Positions 1 to 13,319 of a DNA stretch of 64,000 nucleotides are shown one piece after another. Each line of letters opens with the position of its first letter. Position 1 is the first letter of the stretch. The DNA lies in contig OZ024760.1 in the NCBI GenBank assembly GCA_964016885.1, positions 25,110,001 through 25,174,000 on the forward strand, given 5' to 3'. This DNA is from Eledone cirrhosa (Eukaryota). Both the position numbers and the translations under genes were made by a program. The notes below the pieces were generated by a model. The model was not told the origin of the DNA. It saw only the letters and a program-made list of their open reading frames with translations, and searched no databases.

Positions 1-4
1 CACC

Positions 5-35
<31 letters not shown>

Positions 36-1780
36 GCAGCAGCAGCAGGACCAAGACCCAACACAACCACAACTAACACCACCACCACCACCACCACCAA
101 TAACAACAACAACAGCAGCAGCAGCAGGACCAAAACCCAACACAATAAGAATCCAGTGAAATGTGTTTACAAAAGAAAAAAATAAATATGTTAATCTAAT
201 ATTGAATGGCGGAACAGCTATTGAAATATTTCACACCATCGCATGTAACATTCCCACCACCACCATACCACTACCACCACCACCATACCACTACCACTAC
301 CACCACCACCATACCAATACCACTACCAATATCACCACGTCACCCCTACTCCCTCACACCACCAACAGCGCTAACCTGCACCACCACCACCACCAGCACC
401 AGCACCACTACCACTAACAATATCACCACCACCACCACCACTACTGCCACTAACAATATGACCACCACCACCACCATACCACTACCATTACCAATATCAC
501 CATCGTCACCCCTACCCCACTCACACCACCAACAGCGCTAATCTGCACCACCACTACCACCACCACCACCACCACCACCACCACTTACACCAGCACCACC
601 ACCACCACCACCACTACCATTAACAATATCACTACCACTACCAATATCACCATCGTCACCTCTATCCCCTCACACCACCAACAGCGCTAACCTGCACCAC
701 CACCACCACCACCTCCACCACTAACAATATCACCACCACCACCACCATACCAATACCACTACCAATATCACCATCGTCACCTCTACCCCCTCCCACCACC
801 AACAGCGCTAACCTGCACCACCACCACCACTGCCACCACCACTACTACAACTACCAATATGACCACCATCACCACATCTACCACTACTACCACCACCACC
901 ACCATCACCACATCTCCCACCACCACCACCACTACTACTACTACTACCAATATGACCACCATCACCACATCTACCACTACCACCACCACCATCACCACAC
1001 CTACCACTAATACCACCACCACCACCACCACTACAACTACTACCAATATCACCACCATCACGACCCATCACCACACCTCCCATCACTACCACCACCACCA
1101 ACACTACTACTACTACCAATATGACCACCATCATCACACTACCACCACCACTGCCACCACCACCACCACTACTACAACTACCAATATGACCACCATCACC
1201 ACACCTCCTATCACTACCACCACCACCACATCTACCACTACTACCACCACCACCATCACCACATCTACCACTACCACCGCCACCACCACTACAACTACTA
1301 CCAATATCACCACCATCACGACCCATCACCACACCTCCTACCACTACCACCACCACCACCACTACTACTACTACTACTACCAATATGACCACCATCACCA
1401 CATCTACTACTATCACCACCACCACCATCACCACAGCTACCACCACTACCACCACCACCACTACTACTACTATCAATATTACCACCATCACCACATCTAC
1501 CGCCACCACCACCATCACCACAGCTACCACTACCACCACCACCACCACCACTACTACTACTACCAATATCACCACCATCACCACATCTACTACTACTAAT
1601 ATCACCTTCATCACTACCGACACCACCACTACCAGTTCTACCACTACTACCTCCTCCTCCAACAACAACAACAACATCCAACGAAGACTACCAACACCAC
1701 CACCAACAACAACAACAACAAAACCATCATGTAAAAATACCACCAACACCACCACGACCACCGCCACCACCAATAATAAT
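1..1780. repeat. Degenerate (CAC/ACC/CAA)n low-complexity tract with internal higher-order repeats
   Basis: Trinucleotide repeats with recurring motifs (CCAACAGCGCTAACCTGC; TACCAATATGACCACCATCAC). ORFs are poly-T/H/V/G artefacts. Confidence 0.95.
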
Positions 1781-2406
1781 TGTTTCTTCTTTTGGCACAA
1801 GGCCAGCAATACACCAGTGTATTACTGGTACTTTATTTTATCGACCCCGTAAGGATGAAAGGCAAAGGGCCATAACACTATGCGTCAAATAAATTCTAAT
1901 ATAGGCACAAGGCCAGTAATTTGGAGAAAGGGGAACGTCGATTAAATCGATCCCAGCATGTTACTGGTACTTTATTTCATCGACGCCGTAAGGGTGAAAG
2001 GCAAAGGTAACATGGGCGGGATTTGAACTGGGGACATAAAGGGCCGTGACTCTATACCAGCAAAGCATGGCGTCCGACCCTCTACCGATACTGCCAATCC
2101 TCCATGCTGCAACGCATGATGTCCGACACTCTACCGATAATAAAAATGCTACTACTACTACTACTACTACAACTACTACTATAACTAATATTACTACTTC
2201 TACTACTAATAATAAGAATAATTGTTTCTAATATTGGCACAAGGCCAGCAATCATCACAGTGTATTACTGGTACTTTATTTTATCGACCCCGTAAGGATG
2301 AAAGGCAAAGTTAACCTCGGCGGGATTTGAACTCAGAATGGCAAGGACCGTAACTCTATGCTAGAAAGCATGCCGTCCGACCCTCTACCGATACTGCCAA
2401 TCCACC
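1780..2406 (-). mobile_element. Head-to-tail cluster of tRNA-derived SINEs (about 1780-1870 partial, 1895-2101, 2222-2406)
   Basis: On the minus strand: A-box-like TGGCAGTATCGG, B-box GTTCAAATCC, central GCCTTTCATCCTTACGGGGTCGATAAAATAAAGTACCAG, 3' GGCCTTGTGCCA..TAGAAAC then (ATT)n. Confidence 0.9.
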
Positions 2407-2455
<49 letters not shown>

Positions 2456-2456
<1 letters not shown>

Positions 2457-3330
2457 TTTCTTTATTAACCACAAGGGTTTACATAAAGTAGACATTAAGG
2501 ACAGTGCAGGACAATACAGGACGGTACAAATGGGCATTTCTGCGTGTAAAAAACAAAAACAGAGGATGTAATAAAAAATAAACAATGAAAAATTCCCCAA
2601 CAGGGGGGAGACTTCGGAGGCACATTTGTGAAGAAAGCCCATTAAAAGGCCACAGTGACCCTGACCACCAGGGCAAGTGCCCTCTCCCAGTTTTCTACCT
2701 TTAATTTACAGACACATACTCAGAGTAGGCCCATTCACTCGGGCCATTCTCGCTTCTCTCACCCATCTTTCAACAAAATGCTGGGAAGAGAGCACTTACC
2801 TTTCTACCCTGATTTTCCTTTTCAAATGAAATTTGAAAAAGTTAATCAGGGCATCACCGAAGAGGTAAGTGCTCGTCTTCAGCCCTTTCAAACGTGTCAC
2901 CATACTATCTCTTTCGCCATGGCCACCAGACAGATAAAACCTGCCTGCCCTTCCCGGCTAAATGAAGAGGGCGGGGCAATCCTCACGTCACAGCAGGTGT
3001 TTGACATAAACCCACAAGTCAGCAATACTCGGACACTGGACGAGTGCGTGCAGGACGGTTTCGGCGCCGTGCACGCATCTCGGACATGTCCGGCTGACGG
3101 CACCTCCATGCCTGTAGAGTTTATCCCGAACTGGCAAGGCTCCTCGGTAGCACTGCCAGGCCAGGGATTTCTGGAAGTTGTCCATTGGCCCCGGCCCGAA
3201 AGTTCTTCCGAAGAGATTGGCTAGTTGATTTTCGTCGACACCTAGATTTTCCCCAAGTACGTCGTCGCTCTTCCCCTCCACTAATCCTCTATAGAACGCC
3301 GAGGTGGAGTTTCCACCGATCACATTGCAC
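2456..3330 (-). mobile_element. 5'-truncated Tx1-like LINE 3' fragment (ORF2 C-terminus plus 3'UTR) inserted in (ATT)n
   Basis: Minus ORF 2988-3323 (FQKSLAWQCYRGALPVRDKLYRHG..CPRC..ETVLHALVQC) is homologous to the ORF2 C-terminus at 57.4-58.0 kb. Flanked on both sides by (AAT)n. Confidence 0.9.
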
Positions 3331-3331
3331 G

Positions 3332-3361
<30 letters not shown>

Positions 3362-3363
<2 letters not shown>

Positions 3364-3550
3364 TGTTTCTACTTTTGGCACAAGGCCAGCAATCATCCCA
3401 GTGTATTAATGGTACTTTATTTTTATCGACCCCTGTAAGGATGAAAGGCAAAGTTAACCTCAGCGGGATATGAACTCACACCATAAAGGGCCGTAACTGT
3501 TATCTTGCAAAGCATGGCGTCCAACCTGCTACCGATACTGCCAATCCACC
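3362..3550 (-). mobile_element. tRNA-derived SINE between (AAT)n tracts
   Basis: Same motifs as the 1780-2406 copies. Confidence 0.9.
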
Positions 3551-3601
<51 letters not shown>

Positions 3602-3603
<2 letters not shown>

Positions 3604-3640
3604 TTTCATTTATTAGCCACAAGGGCCGACATGTAGGGGA
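3602..3640 (-). mobile_element. About 40-bp extreme 3' end of a Tx1-like LINE inside (AAT)n
   Basis: Reverse complement reads GGCCCTTGTGGCTAATAAATGAAATC+(ATT)n, matching the Tx1 termini at 2456 and 11401. Confidence 0.7.
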
Positions 3641-3644
3641 TAAT

Positions 3645-3700
<56 letters not shown>

Positions 3701-4049
3701 TAATAATATGAATATGAATTAAAAAAAAAAAAAGCAGTAACAACAATAAATGCAAAGATAATTCTATCCGTTCGTTGTTTTAATAAAGGAAACAATAGCT
3801 AGGGAAAAGGCTTTTGTTTGGTGTGGCGAAAGCTTCCTTTTATAGTTGTGAACGGAGCATTTATGAGCAATTATATGTAGCAGAACTATAGGAACAGCTG
3901 TGGAAATGGTATTTTAATTAGATAGACTAAATAGAGGCTTTCATATTTTTATATAATATCATACTATAGCTAATGGCTAGAAAACATTATTGATAGAAAT
4001 TAATGTATTGGGTAGATTCGTGAGATGTCGCTGTATGTATTGTCTGTTG

Positions 4050-4072
4050 TGTGTCGTGTGTTGTATGTTGTG

Positions 4073-4143
<71 letters not shown>

Positions 4144-4265
4144 GTGTGTGTGTGTGCGCTTGTGTGTGTGATGTGTATATATATAGCTATATATATATAT
4201 ATGTGTGTGTATATGTGTGTGTGTGTGTGCGTGCGTGCGTATATAGTATATATTTAACTAGATGT

Positions 4266-4317
<52 letters not shown>

Positions 4318-4348
4318 GCGTGTTTGTTTGTGTGTGTGCGTGCGTGTG

Positions 4349-4381
<33 letters not shown>

Positions 4382-4386
4382 ACTAG

Positions 4387-4418
<32 letters not shown>

Positions 4419-4624
4419 TTGTATGTGTTAATGGGGTAGATTTCTACGATCTCGTTGTGTGTGATGTGTGTGTGTATATATATAATATATATAACTATGT
4501 ATATCTATATGTGTGTGTGTGTGTGTGTGTGTTTGAGTGAGTGTGTTTGAAAGTGTGTGTTTGTATATGTGTGTGTGTTTGTATGTGTGCTTATGGAGTA
4601 GATTCGTACGATGTCGTTGTGTTT

Positions 4625-4669
<45 letters not shown>

Positions 4670-4900
4670 GTGTGTGTGTGTATGCGTGCGCGGATGTGAG
4701 TGTGTGTATGTGTGTGCGTGTATGTGGATGGGATTCGTGAGTGTGTGTGAAATGTTTGTGTTTATTTGGACTGCGTTTGTGTGTAAATATGTGGCTTAGG
4801 AATGTATGTATATGTGTAATGTGAGAATTTATGGAATGTGAGCGGAAAACGCGCGCGCGCGTGTGTGTGTGAAATATGTGTGTGTTTGCGTGTGTGTATT
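4050..4900. repeat. (TG)n/(TA)n compound microsatellites
   Basis: Direct reading. Confidence 0.95.
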
Positions 4901-4942
4901 CATAGAATATATGTGTATGTGTGAAATATGTGAATCATGCGT

Positions 4943-5200
4943 GTGGTATGAGGGTATAATTGTGTAATGTGTGCGGATGGAACGTGGTATGTGTTTATAA
5001 TTGTGTAATGTGTCTCGAAGGAACGTGGTATGTGTATATAATGGTGTAATGTGCCTGGAAGAAACGTGGTATGTGTATATAATGGTGTAATGTGGGTGGA
5101 AGAAACGTGGTATGTGTATATAATGGTGTAATGTTAGCGGAAAGAACGTGTTATGTGTATATAATGTTGTAACGTGTGCGGAAGGAATGTATGTGATGGT
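4943..5200. repeat. About 41-bp minisatellite, about 6 copies
   Basis: AACGTGGTATGTG motif recurs at about 4981, 5022, 5063, 5104 and 5145. Confidence 0.85.
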
Positions 5201-5289
5201 ATGAAAAGTGCGTGGCTGGTGATTTAGTGATACTGTCGTAGTCGTTGTCGTCATGGTAATACCGGTGTGTGGGGGAAAGGGGCTTGGAT

Positions 5290-7150
5290 CTGTTTATATT
5301 GGTGATGGCGGTGGTGGTGGTATGTTATGGAAGAGGTGGTGTTGAGGATGCTGTGGTTAGTGGCATTGATATTGGTGGTGGTGTAGGTAGCTTTGATGCT
5401 GGTGGATGTGGTGGTGGTATTGATAATGGTGGTGGTGGTGGTGTTGGTGGTGGTGGTATTGATAATGGGTGTGGGGCTGGTGGTGGTGTTGGTGGTGGTG
5501 GTGGTGTTGGTGGTGGTGGTATTGATAATGGTGGTGGTGGTGGTGGTGTTGGCGGTGTTGGTGGTTGTGGTATTGATAATGGTTGTGGTGGTGGTGGTGT
5601 TGGTGGTGTTGGTGGTGGTGGTATTGATAATGGTTGTGGTGGTTGTGGTGTTGGTGGTGTTGGTGGTGGTGGTATTGATAATGGTGGTGGTGGTGCTGGT
5701 GTTGGTGGTGGTGGTGGTATTGATAATGTTTGTGGTGGTTGTGGTGTTGGTGGTGTTGGTGGTGGTGGTATTGATAATGGTTGTGGTGGTGGTGGTGTTG
5801 GTGGTGTTGGTGGTGGTGGTATTGATAATGGTTGTGGTATTTGTGGTGTTGGTGGTGTTGGTGGTGGTGGTATTGATAATGGTGGTGGAGGTGTTGGTGG
5901 TGTTGGTGGTGGTGGTGTTGGTGGTGTTGGTGGTGTTGGTGGTGGTGGTATTGATAATGGTGGTGGAGGTGTTGGTGGTGTTGGTGGTGGTGGTGTTGGT
6001 GGTGGTGGTGTTGGTGGTGGTGGTGGTGATTGTAGTGGTAGTGGTGTCTTTGAGAGTGGTGTTATTGCTGTATGATTCATTATCGATTTTGTGGGAGTAG
6101 TTGTTGTGTCGTTGTTACAGTTATTGTTGTTGTTGCTGCTGTTTGTAGTGTTGTTGTTGTTGTTGTTTGTAGTTATGTTGTTGCTGTTGTTGTTTGTAGT
6201 GTTGTTGGGGTTGTTGCAGTTGTTGGTGGTAGTGTTGTTGTTGTTGTTGGTAGTGTTGTTGTTGTTGTTGTTTGTAGTGTTGTTGGTGTTGTTGCTGTTG
6301 TTGGTGGTAGTGTTGGTGTTGTTGTTTGTAGTATTGCTGTTAGTTGTAGTGTCGTTGTTGTTGTTGTTGTTTGTAGTGTTGTTGTTGTTGTTTGTAGTGT
6401 TGTTGTTGTTATTGTTGTTTGTAGTGTTGTTGTTGTTGTTTTTGTAGTGGTGTTGGTGTTGTTGTTTGTAGTATTGTTGTTGTTGTTGTTTGTCGGGTTG
6501 TTGTTGTTGTTGTTTGTAGTGTTGTTGGTGTTGTTGTTTGCAGTATTGTTGTTGTTGTTGTTGTTTGTAGTGGTGTTGTTGCTGTTGTTGTTGTTTGTAT
6601 TGTTGTTGTTTGTGTTGTTACTGTTGTTGTTTATAGTGTTGTTGGTGTTGTTGTTTGTAGTGTTGTTTGTAGCGTTGTTGGTGTTGTTGTTGTTGTTGGT
6701 GTTGTTGTTTGTAGTGTTGTTGTTGTTGTTTGTAGTGTTGTTGGTGTTGTAGTGTTGTTGGTGTTGTTGTTGTTGGTGTTGTTGTTTGTAGTATTGTTGC
6801 TGTTGTTGCTGTTGTTGTTTGTAGTGTTGTTGGTTTTGTTGTTTGTAGTGTTGTTGCTGTTGTTGCTGTTGTTGTTTGTAGTGTTGTTGGTGTTGTTGTT
6901 TGTAGTGTTGTTGGTGTTGCTGTTTGTAGTGTTGTTGGTATTGTTGTTGTAGTGTTGTTGTTTGTAGTGTTGTTGGTGTTGTTGCTGTTGTTGTTTGTAG
7001 TGTTGTTGGTGTTGTTGTTATTGTTGTTGTTTGTAGTGTTGTTGTTGCTGTTATTGTTTGTAGTGTTGTTGTTGTTGTTGCTGTTGTTGTTTTGTTTGTG
7101 GAGTTGCAATGTTTGTTCCCCGTGTTGTTCTTACTACTGTTGTTGTTAAT
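5290..7150. repeat. (GGT)n then (GTT)n low-complexity tracts
   Basis: Recurring GGTATTGATAATGG and TTTGTAGTGTTG units. Confidence 0.9.
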
Positions 7151-7525
7151 ACAGTTCTCAGAGAGGTTATCCATTCGGGATAACTTCTTTCCGATGACAG
7201 TGTCTAAATCGACGGGAGATTTAGCTGCTTTTTCTAGCATAGCAGACATTCTTACCGACTCATGTCATTATACTAATGATGTTCGCCATTTTAAATCGAT
7301 CTTCATGGGAATCCAACTATCCATAATATCAACAATAAAATGAATAGCGGAATAATTAATACATAAGAAGTTATATAACCTTCTAAACAGAGAAGAAGGT
7401 ATTTAGAAATACAATTGTTTGGTTATATAATATATAGCGTGGATACATGCAAAGCTAAGCTGTTACCTGGGCATGACATGCAAACTAATTTTATGGTGTA
7501 TATAGTTATAAAAAGCTCTCCACCG

Positions 7526-7573
<48 letters not shown>

Positions 7574-7703
7574 AATACATAGTGTCTGAAAAAAGACTCA
7601 GAGAAATACAAAATATGAGAGATAGCCTAATATCAAATACATACACTCACACACACACACACGCACGCACACACATACGCACACACACATATATATATAT
7701 ATA

Positions 7704-7761
<58 letters not shown>

Positions 7762-7823
7762 CGGATATATATATATATATATATATGTATGTATATATGT
7801 ATATATATATACATATATATATA

Positions 7824-9639
7824 TATATAAAGAATGAATAATAACAGGTAGACATCATAAAAAGGTAGTTTATTCCGTGTGCTTACAAGTGTTTCCACGG
7901 TGGTACTGCAGCCTAGTTCCGCTACGTGCAAATTCACAAGTATTTGCAGAACTCGAATATCCAATGCTGTGACCACTGTTTCCTCAGAGCAGAATGGTAA
8001 ATATACAATGTAAAAACCCTTAAGTGGGGTTGTTGGGGAAGATAGAGTGGAACAGGAAGAGAGAAAAGTAGGGAAGATGGAGAGAGAAGGAAAGATATGC
8101 AGGGGTTGGAGAAGTAGGAGAGAGTGGCTTGTAGATATCTTAATCAAAATGTTATGGTAGGGGTTTTATTAGTTACTTTTGGAGAGATGCGTAGATAGTT
8201 GAGGTCGGAATTATTTATTGCCCCAGAGGTCAAGTTCATAGATGTTGAGAGGGAGGTAGGTCAAAGGTGAGAGAGAGAGAGTGTAATGGATGTAGAGAGA
8301 GATATATAGGTAGAGAGGGGACAGATAAAGTATATGTGGTGAGTGAACTTTTGGTTTTGTAGTAGTAATCTAGGAATTGTACTGAGTTACCATGTATAGT
8401 GATAAGCAGTGTATTGTCTTGTAGTGTGGGGGAGAAGAGAAGGTTGTTAGCTAGAAAGTGGTGTTGTAGTTACGGGTTCGAATGTTAAGTTATTTTATAG
8501 TGAGAGAATTTAGCTTTTAGTTTGTGGTTGCAGTATAATGATCGTTCAATTCTATCGTTAAGTAGTTTGTTTTGGGATTTTAGTATGTAAAATAGCTCAA
8601 GGTTACATAACCTGCAGTACTTCAAACCACTCCGATATGCATTTGCGCTGGAAAGTATATCCCATTTTAAGGTGAACTGTTGGTTGTGTTCACGGAGTTG
8701 CCAGGTCTTGTTGGCGAGCGTGGTCACAAAACGGTGATTCTGATGTTTGATTGAGAATCGATGACGGTACCAGCGAGATTTAAACGATGTGGTGGTAGAT
8801 CCGATATAATACCATTTCTGGTCGTCCGATTCAACCGTGCATTGGTAAACAATGTTGGACTTTAGGCATTCATTCTGCAATGGACATCTTTCAGGTAGAT
8901 GGCAGTTACATGCTTTGTTGTGGGTAGCGGGTATACCATGGATAGGTTGTGATAGCGGTACAGGTGGGTTGTGCAATATCCGTCTCCCATTTAGTGGTTG
9001 GGAGGCAGATATTGCGTTCTGCCCACCTGTTACTAAAATGTTTTGTTTTGTAGAGTTGTTTAATTGCCTTAAGTTAAGTTTTTTTATGTATGCTTCAAGG
9101 TTTGGTGCCGTGGAGTATGATAGTCTAATAGTTTTGGAGTTCAGAATTTTGCTGTACTTATGGGAACTAGGGAAGTGTTTATTGATTAATTTAAAGAATG
9201 AAAGAGATAGTTTTGTACTAATCGAGGCATTAAAAATAGGATTATACCAGATATACTTTCTACAACGTGATTTATTTGGTGGTGAACTTCTATTATTAGT
9301 ATGTCTGGTAGTATAGTGTGTGTGTGCTTGTGTTTTAGTCCCCCGGTTACGTATACCTTGATTACGTGTAGAGCTATGTGTGTTGTGGAAATTACTATCG
9401 ATGTATTCTATTGTATCCCGGTGGTCAGCATTCCTTAATGCATTATTGTAGTATTCAGCATGTTCGCTAAAAATATCAGAGTTAGACGATAGGCGAGAGA
9501 TTCTAAGAGAAATACTCCGGGGAACTGATTTGATCATGGAGAGTGGGTGGTTAGAGTTAAAGTTAATATACGTAAGGTTCTCATTTACCTTGTGGAAGGG
9601 TCGTATCTGTCCGGTATTTAAATTAAGAGTTACGTCCAG
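7824..9639 (-). mobile_element. Penelope-like element, 5'-truncated copy (RT C-terminus, GIY-YIG, pLTR); left arm of a fold-back
   Basis: Minus-strand coding 9639-8485: LDVTLNL..FHK..YINFNSNHP (PLE RT thumb), CNC..CPL..C linker, NIVYQCTV..YIGST..FKSRWYRH (GIY-YIG), CRLC..E. Flanked by (TA)n. Confidence 0.9.
7880..7991 (-). ncRNA. Mirror copy of the long-stem-II hammerhead ribozyme
   Basis: Reverse complement of 10889-11000. Confidence 0.7.
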
Positions 9640-10393
9640 TATTTTTAATGCCTCGATTAGTACAAAACTATCTCTTTCATTCTTTAAATTAATCAATAAA
9701 CACTTCCCTAGTTCCCATAAGTACAGCAAAATTCTGAACTCCAAAACTATTAGACTATCATACTCCACGGCACCAAACCTTGAAGCATACATAAAAAAAC
9801 TTAACTTAAGGCAATTAAACAACTCTACAAAACAAAACATTTTAGTAACAGGTGGGCAGAACGCAATATCTGCCTCCCAACCACTAAATGGGAGACGGAT
9901 ATTGCACAACCCACCTGTACCGCTATCACAACCTATCCATGGTATACCCGCTACCCACAACAAAGCATGTAACTGCCATCTACCTGAAAGATGTCCATTG
10001 CAGAATGAATGCCTAAAGTCCAACATTGTTTACCAATGCACGGTTGAATCGGACGACCAGAAATGGTATTATATCGGATCTACCACCACATCGTTTAAAT
10101 CTCGCTGGTACCGTCATCGATTCTCAATCAAACATCAGAATCACCGTTTTGTGACCACGCTCGCCAACAAGACCTGGCAACTCCGTGAACACAACCAACA
10201 GTTCACCTTAAAATGGGATATACTTTCCAGCGCAAATGCATATCGGAGTGGTTTGAAGTACTGCAGGTTATGTAACCTTGAGCTATTTTACATACTAAAA
10301 TCCCAAAACAAACTACTTAACGATAGAATTGAACGATCATTATACTGCAACCACAAACTAAAAGCTAAATTCTCTCACTATAAAATAACTTAA
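9640..10393 (+). pseudogene. GIY-YIG endonuclease C-terminal part of the PLE ORF (the motif pattern suggests the Naiad-type clade; inference)
   Basis: IVY..YIG motif, conserved R (KSRW), Cys-rich linker and CxxC. No start codon; 5'-truncated. Confidence 0.85.
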
Positions 10394-10888
10394 CATTCGA
10401 ACCCGTAACTACAACACCACTTTCTAGCTAACAACCTTCTCTTCTCCCCCACACTACAAGACAATACACTGCTTATCACTATACATGGTAACTCAGTACA
10501 ATTCCTAGATTACTACTACAAAACCAAAAGTTCACTCACCACATATACTTTATCTGTCCCCTCTCTACCTATATATCTCTCTCTACATCCATTACACTCT
10601 CTCTCTCTCTCACCTTTGACCTACCTCCCTCTCAACATCTATGAACTTGACCTCTGGGGCAATAAATAATTCCGACCTCAACTATCTACGCATCTCTCCA
10701 AAAGTAACTAATAAAACCCCTACCATAACATTTTGATTAAGATATCTACAAGCCACTCTCTCCTACTTCTCCAACCCCTGCATATCTTTCCTTCTCTCTC
10801 CATCTTCCCTACTTTTCTCTCTTCCTGTTCCACTCTATCTTCCCCAACAACCCCACTTAAGGGTTTTTACATTGTATATTTACCATTC

Positions 10889-11000
10889 TGCTCTGAGGAA
10901 ACAGTGGTCACAGCATTGGATATTCGAGTTCTGCAAATACTTGTGAATTTGCACGTAGCGGAACTAGGCTGCAGTACCACCGTGGAAACACTTGTAAGCA
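10889..11000 (+). ncRNA. Type I hammerhead ribozyme with a very long stem II, in the PLE pLTR
   Basis: TGCT-CTGAGGA-(GTGGT/ACCAC, CAGC/GCTG, AGTTCTGC/GCGGAACT helices)-GAAA-CACTT-GTA^AGCA. Confidence 0.7.
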
Positions 11001-11192
11001 CACGGAATAAACTACCTTTTTATGATGTCTACCTGTTATTATTCATTCTTTATATACACTCCGGAATACTGAAGGATCAGGAACTAAGTTTCTTGAACAA
11101 TTCTTCCATAACTCGTAGAGTAACCTCTTACCGTACGTCAACCATATCCAGTGTAGTAATTAACCATCACTGCATCTTGGATAATCCTATAC

Positions 11193-11295
<103 letters not shown>

Positions 11296-11308
11296 GTATA
11301 GTGAGAAT

Positions 11309-11400
<92 letters not shown>

Positions 11401-11403
<3 letters not shown>

Positions 11404-12306
11404 TTCTTTATTAGCCACAAGGGCACAAAAGAAGTGGACAAATACAAATATGGAGTTTACATACAGGTATATGAAAATAAAACTATTAATAAAATAACAA
11501 ATAACAATTGAAATCCCCAATAGGGGGGAGGCGTTACACGGGGGTTGCACACACCCCGAAAAAATGTACAACCCTCATCTCCATGAGAACGAAGAGTGAG
11601 CGCTCCTTTCCTCTCTTTCTCTTTTTCCTCATCCTACAGGCTTATATAGAGAGAAGGCCCAACCACTCGGGCCATCTTTGCCACATTCACTCACCTTTTA
11701 TAAAACTTGCTGGGGTACAGCACCTCTCTCTCCATCCTGCTTCTTCTTCTGAAGTGATATTTGAAAAAAACAAATCAGTTGCTCGCCGGAGAGAAAGGTG
11801 TCTGACCTCAGCCCTTTTAACCTATTTCACCATAGCCATAACACATAAGAAAATCGCTTCTCCCTCGTGTTTGAAGGAAGGTGGCGGTTTGATCATGACA
11901 ATGGACTCGGTGGTTAACTGGATTGGTCCCACCCGCGACAATAGTCGTTCTACATAGGCCCACAGGTCGATAACGCCCGGGCAGTGTACAAATGCGTGCG
12001 TGACGGTTTCCTCGTCGCACACGCATCTAGGACAGATCTTTTTCGAAGGGTCCCTGCCCGGGCGCCCGTGTCTGTAGAGCTTGTCTCGAACTGGTAGAAC
12101 TCCTCGGTAGCACTGCCAGGCCAGGGACCTTTGGAAGTTGACCATTGATCCCGGACGGAAGGTCCTACCGAACAGACTGTACAGTTCGTCCTCCTCAACG
12201 CCTAGAGTTTATCCGAGCGCGTCGTCGCACTTGCTGCGGACTAACCCTCGATAGAATGTCGAAGTGGAGTCTCCACTGATCGCCGGGGCCGTTTGCCAGA
12301 GGACTG
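11401..12306 (-). mobile_element. 5'-truncated Tx1-like LINE 3' fragment between (GA)n and (GATA)n
   Basis: ORF 11822-12145 (FQRSLAWQCYRGVLPVRDKLYRHGRPGRDPSKKICPRC). 3'UTR ends GCCCTTGTGGCTAATAAAGAAA. Confidence 0.9.
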
Positions 12307-12387
<81 letters not shown>

Positions 12388-12479
12388 GTCAAAGAAGAGT
12401 CAGTACAGAGCCATTGGTAATTGTACATGTGTCATTTTAAGAACTGACGGACCTGCTAAAAAAAGTGTTACACCCGCGT

Positions 12480-12900
12480 GGAGATATGAGAGCGAAGATT
12501 AGAAAAGAGTTCTACAAAAGAGATAGACTAATATTAAAAGTACAAACAAATTGTACTAAATGCTCTATATATGATAATATATACATAAAGAAACAGTCGT
12601 CAACTTCAACATAATAAACTGGAACTTAAATCAATTGAAGTGTGTAGATAAGAATATAAGAATTTTATTATATGCGTTTTGAAACCACCATTTTTCTAAT
12701 GCGCGGAGAAATAGCCGATTAGTTGAAGGCGTTCTGGAAGAAAAGCCATGATAGAAAGAGTGGATTATTATAAAGCAAAGAGGCTGTATCTATGGAAATA
12801 CTTGGATACTGATCATAATAAACTGATAGTATATTAAAAGAACATGAAAGATCGTAATTCTTTGCTCTGTTTGTGAATAAAAGACAAAGAATATACGACT
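12480..12900 (+). pseudogene. Highly decayed R4/Dong-like LINE RT-region fragment
   Basis: Broken frames read KIRKEFYKR and NFNIINWNLNQLKCVDKNIR, resembling the better-preserved segment at 24640-24850. Confidence 0.5.
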
Positions 12901-12959
12901 AGGTATAAGTTAATTATACGGAGAAAGTTGTTTTTGATAAGGAAAAAACAATAGAAAAG

Positions 12960-13287
12960 AGTTATGAAAAACAACAACAACGGAAACAATAAAAGCAGCA
13001 GCAGCAGCAGCAGCAACAAGAACAACTATAAAAACAGCAGCAGCAACAGCAGCAACAACAACAACAGCAACAAAATCTGCAGCAGCAACAATATCAACAA
13101 CAAAAACAGCAGCAACAGCAACAACAGCAAACAAAAATGCAACAACAACAACAGCAACAAAAACAACAGCAGCAAAAAAAACAACAGCAACAAAAACAAG
13201 ACCAACAACAACAAAAACAGCAGAAACAACAACAGCAACAAAAACATTAACAGCCGCAATAAGAGCAACAACAAATATACCACCACC

Positions 13288-13319
<32 letters not shown>

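Noticed and set aside
1-1850. Mucin-like, His-rich or Gly-rich ORFs (also 43265-44588 and 59179-59904)
   Set aside because: Open in several frames on both strands because the repeats lack stop codons; no unique domain.
8485-10026. 513-aa ORF (also 8852-9316 and 9530-10393) as a novel gene
   Set aside because: Chimeric: its N-terminal ~130 aa are the antisense reading of the other palindrome arm. Only the part from 9639 downward is genuine PLE protein.
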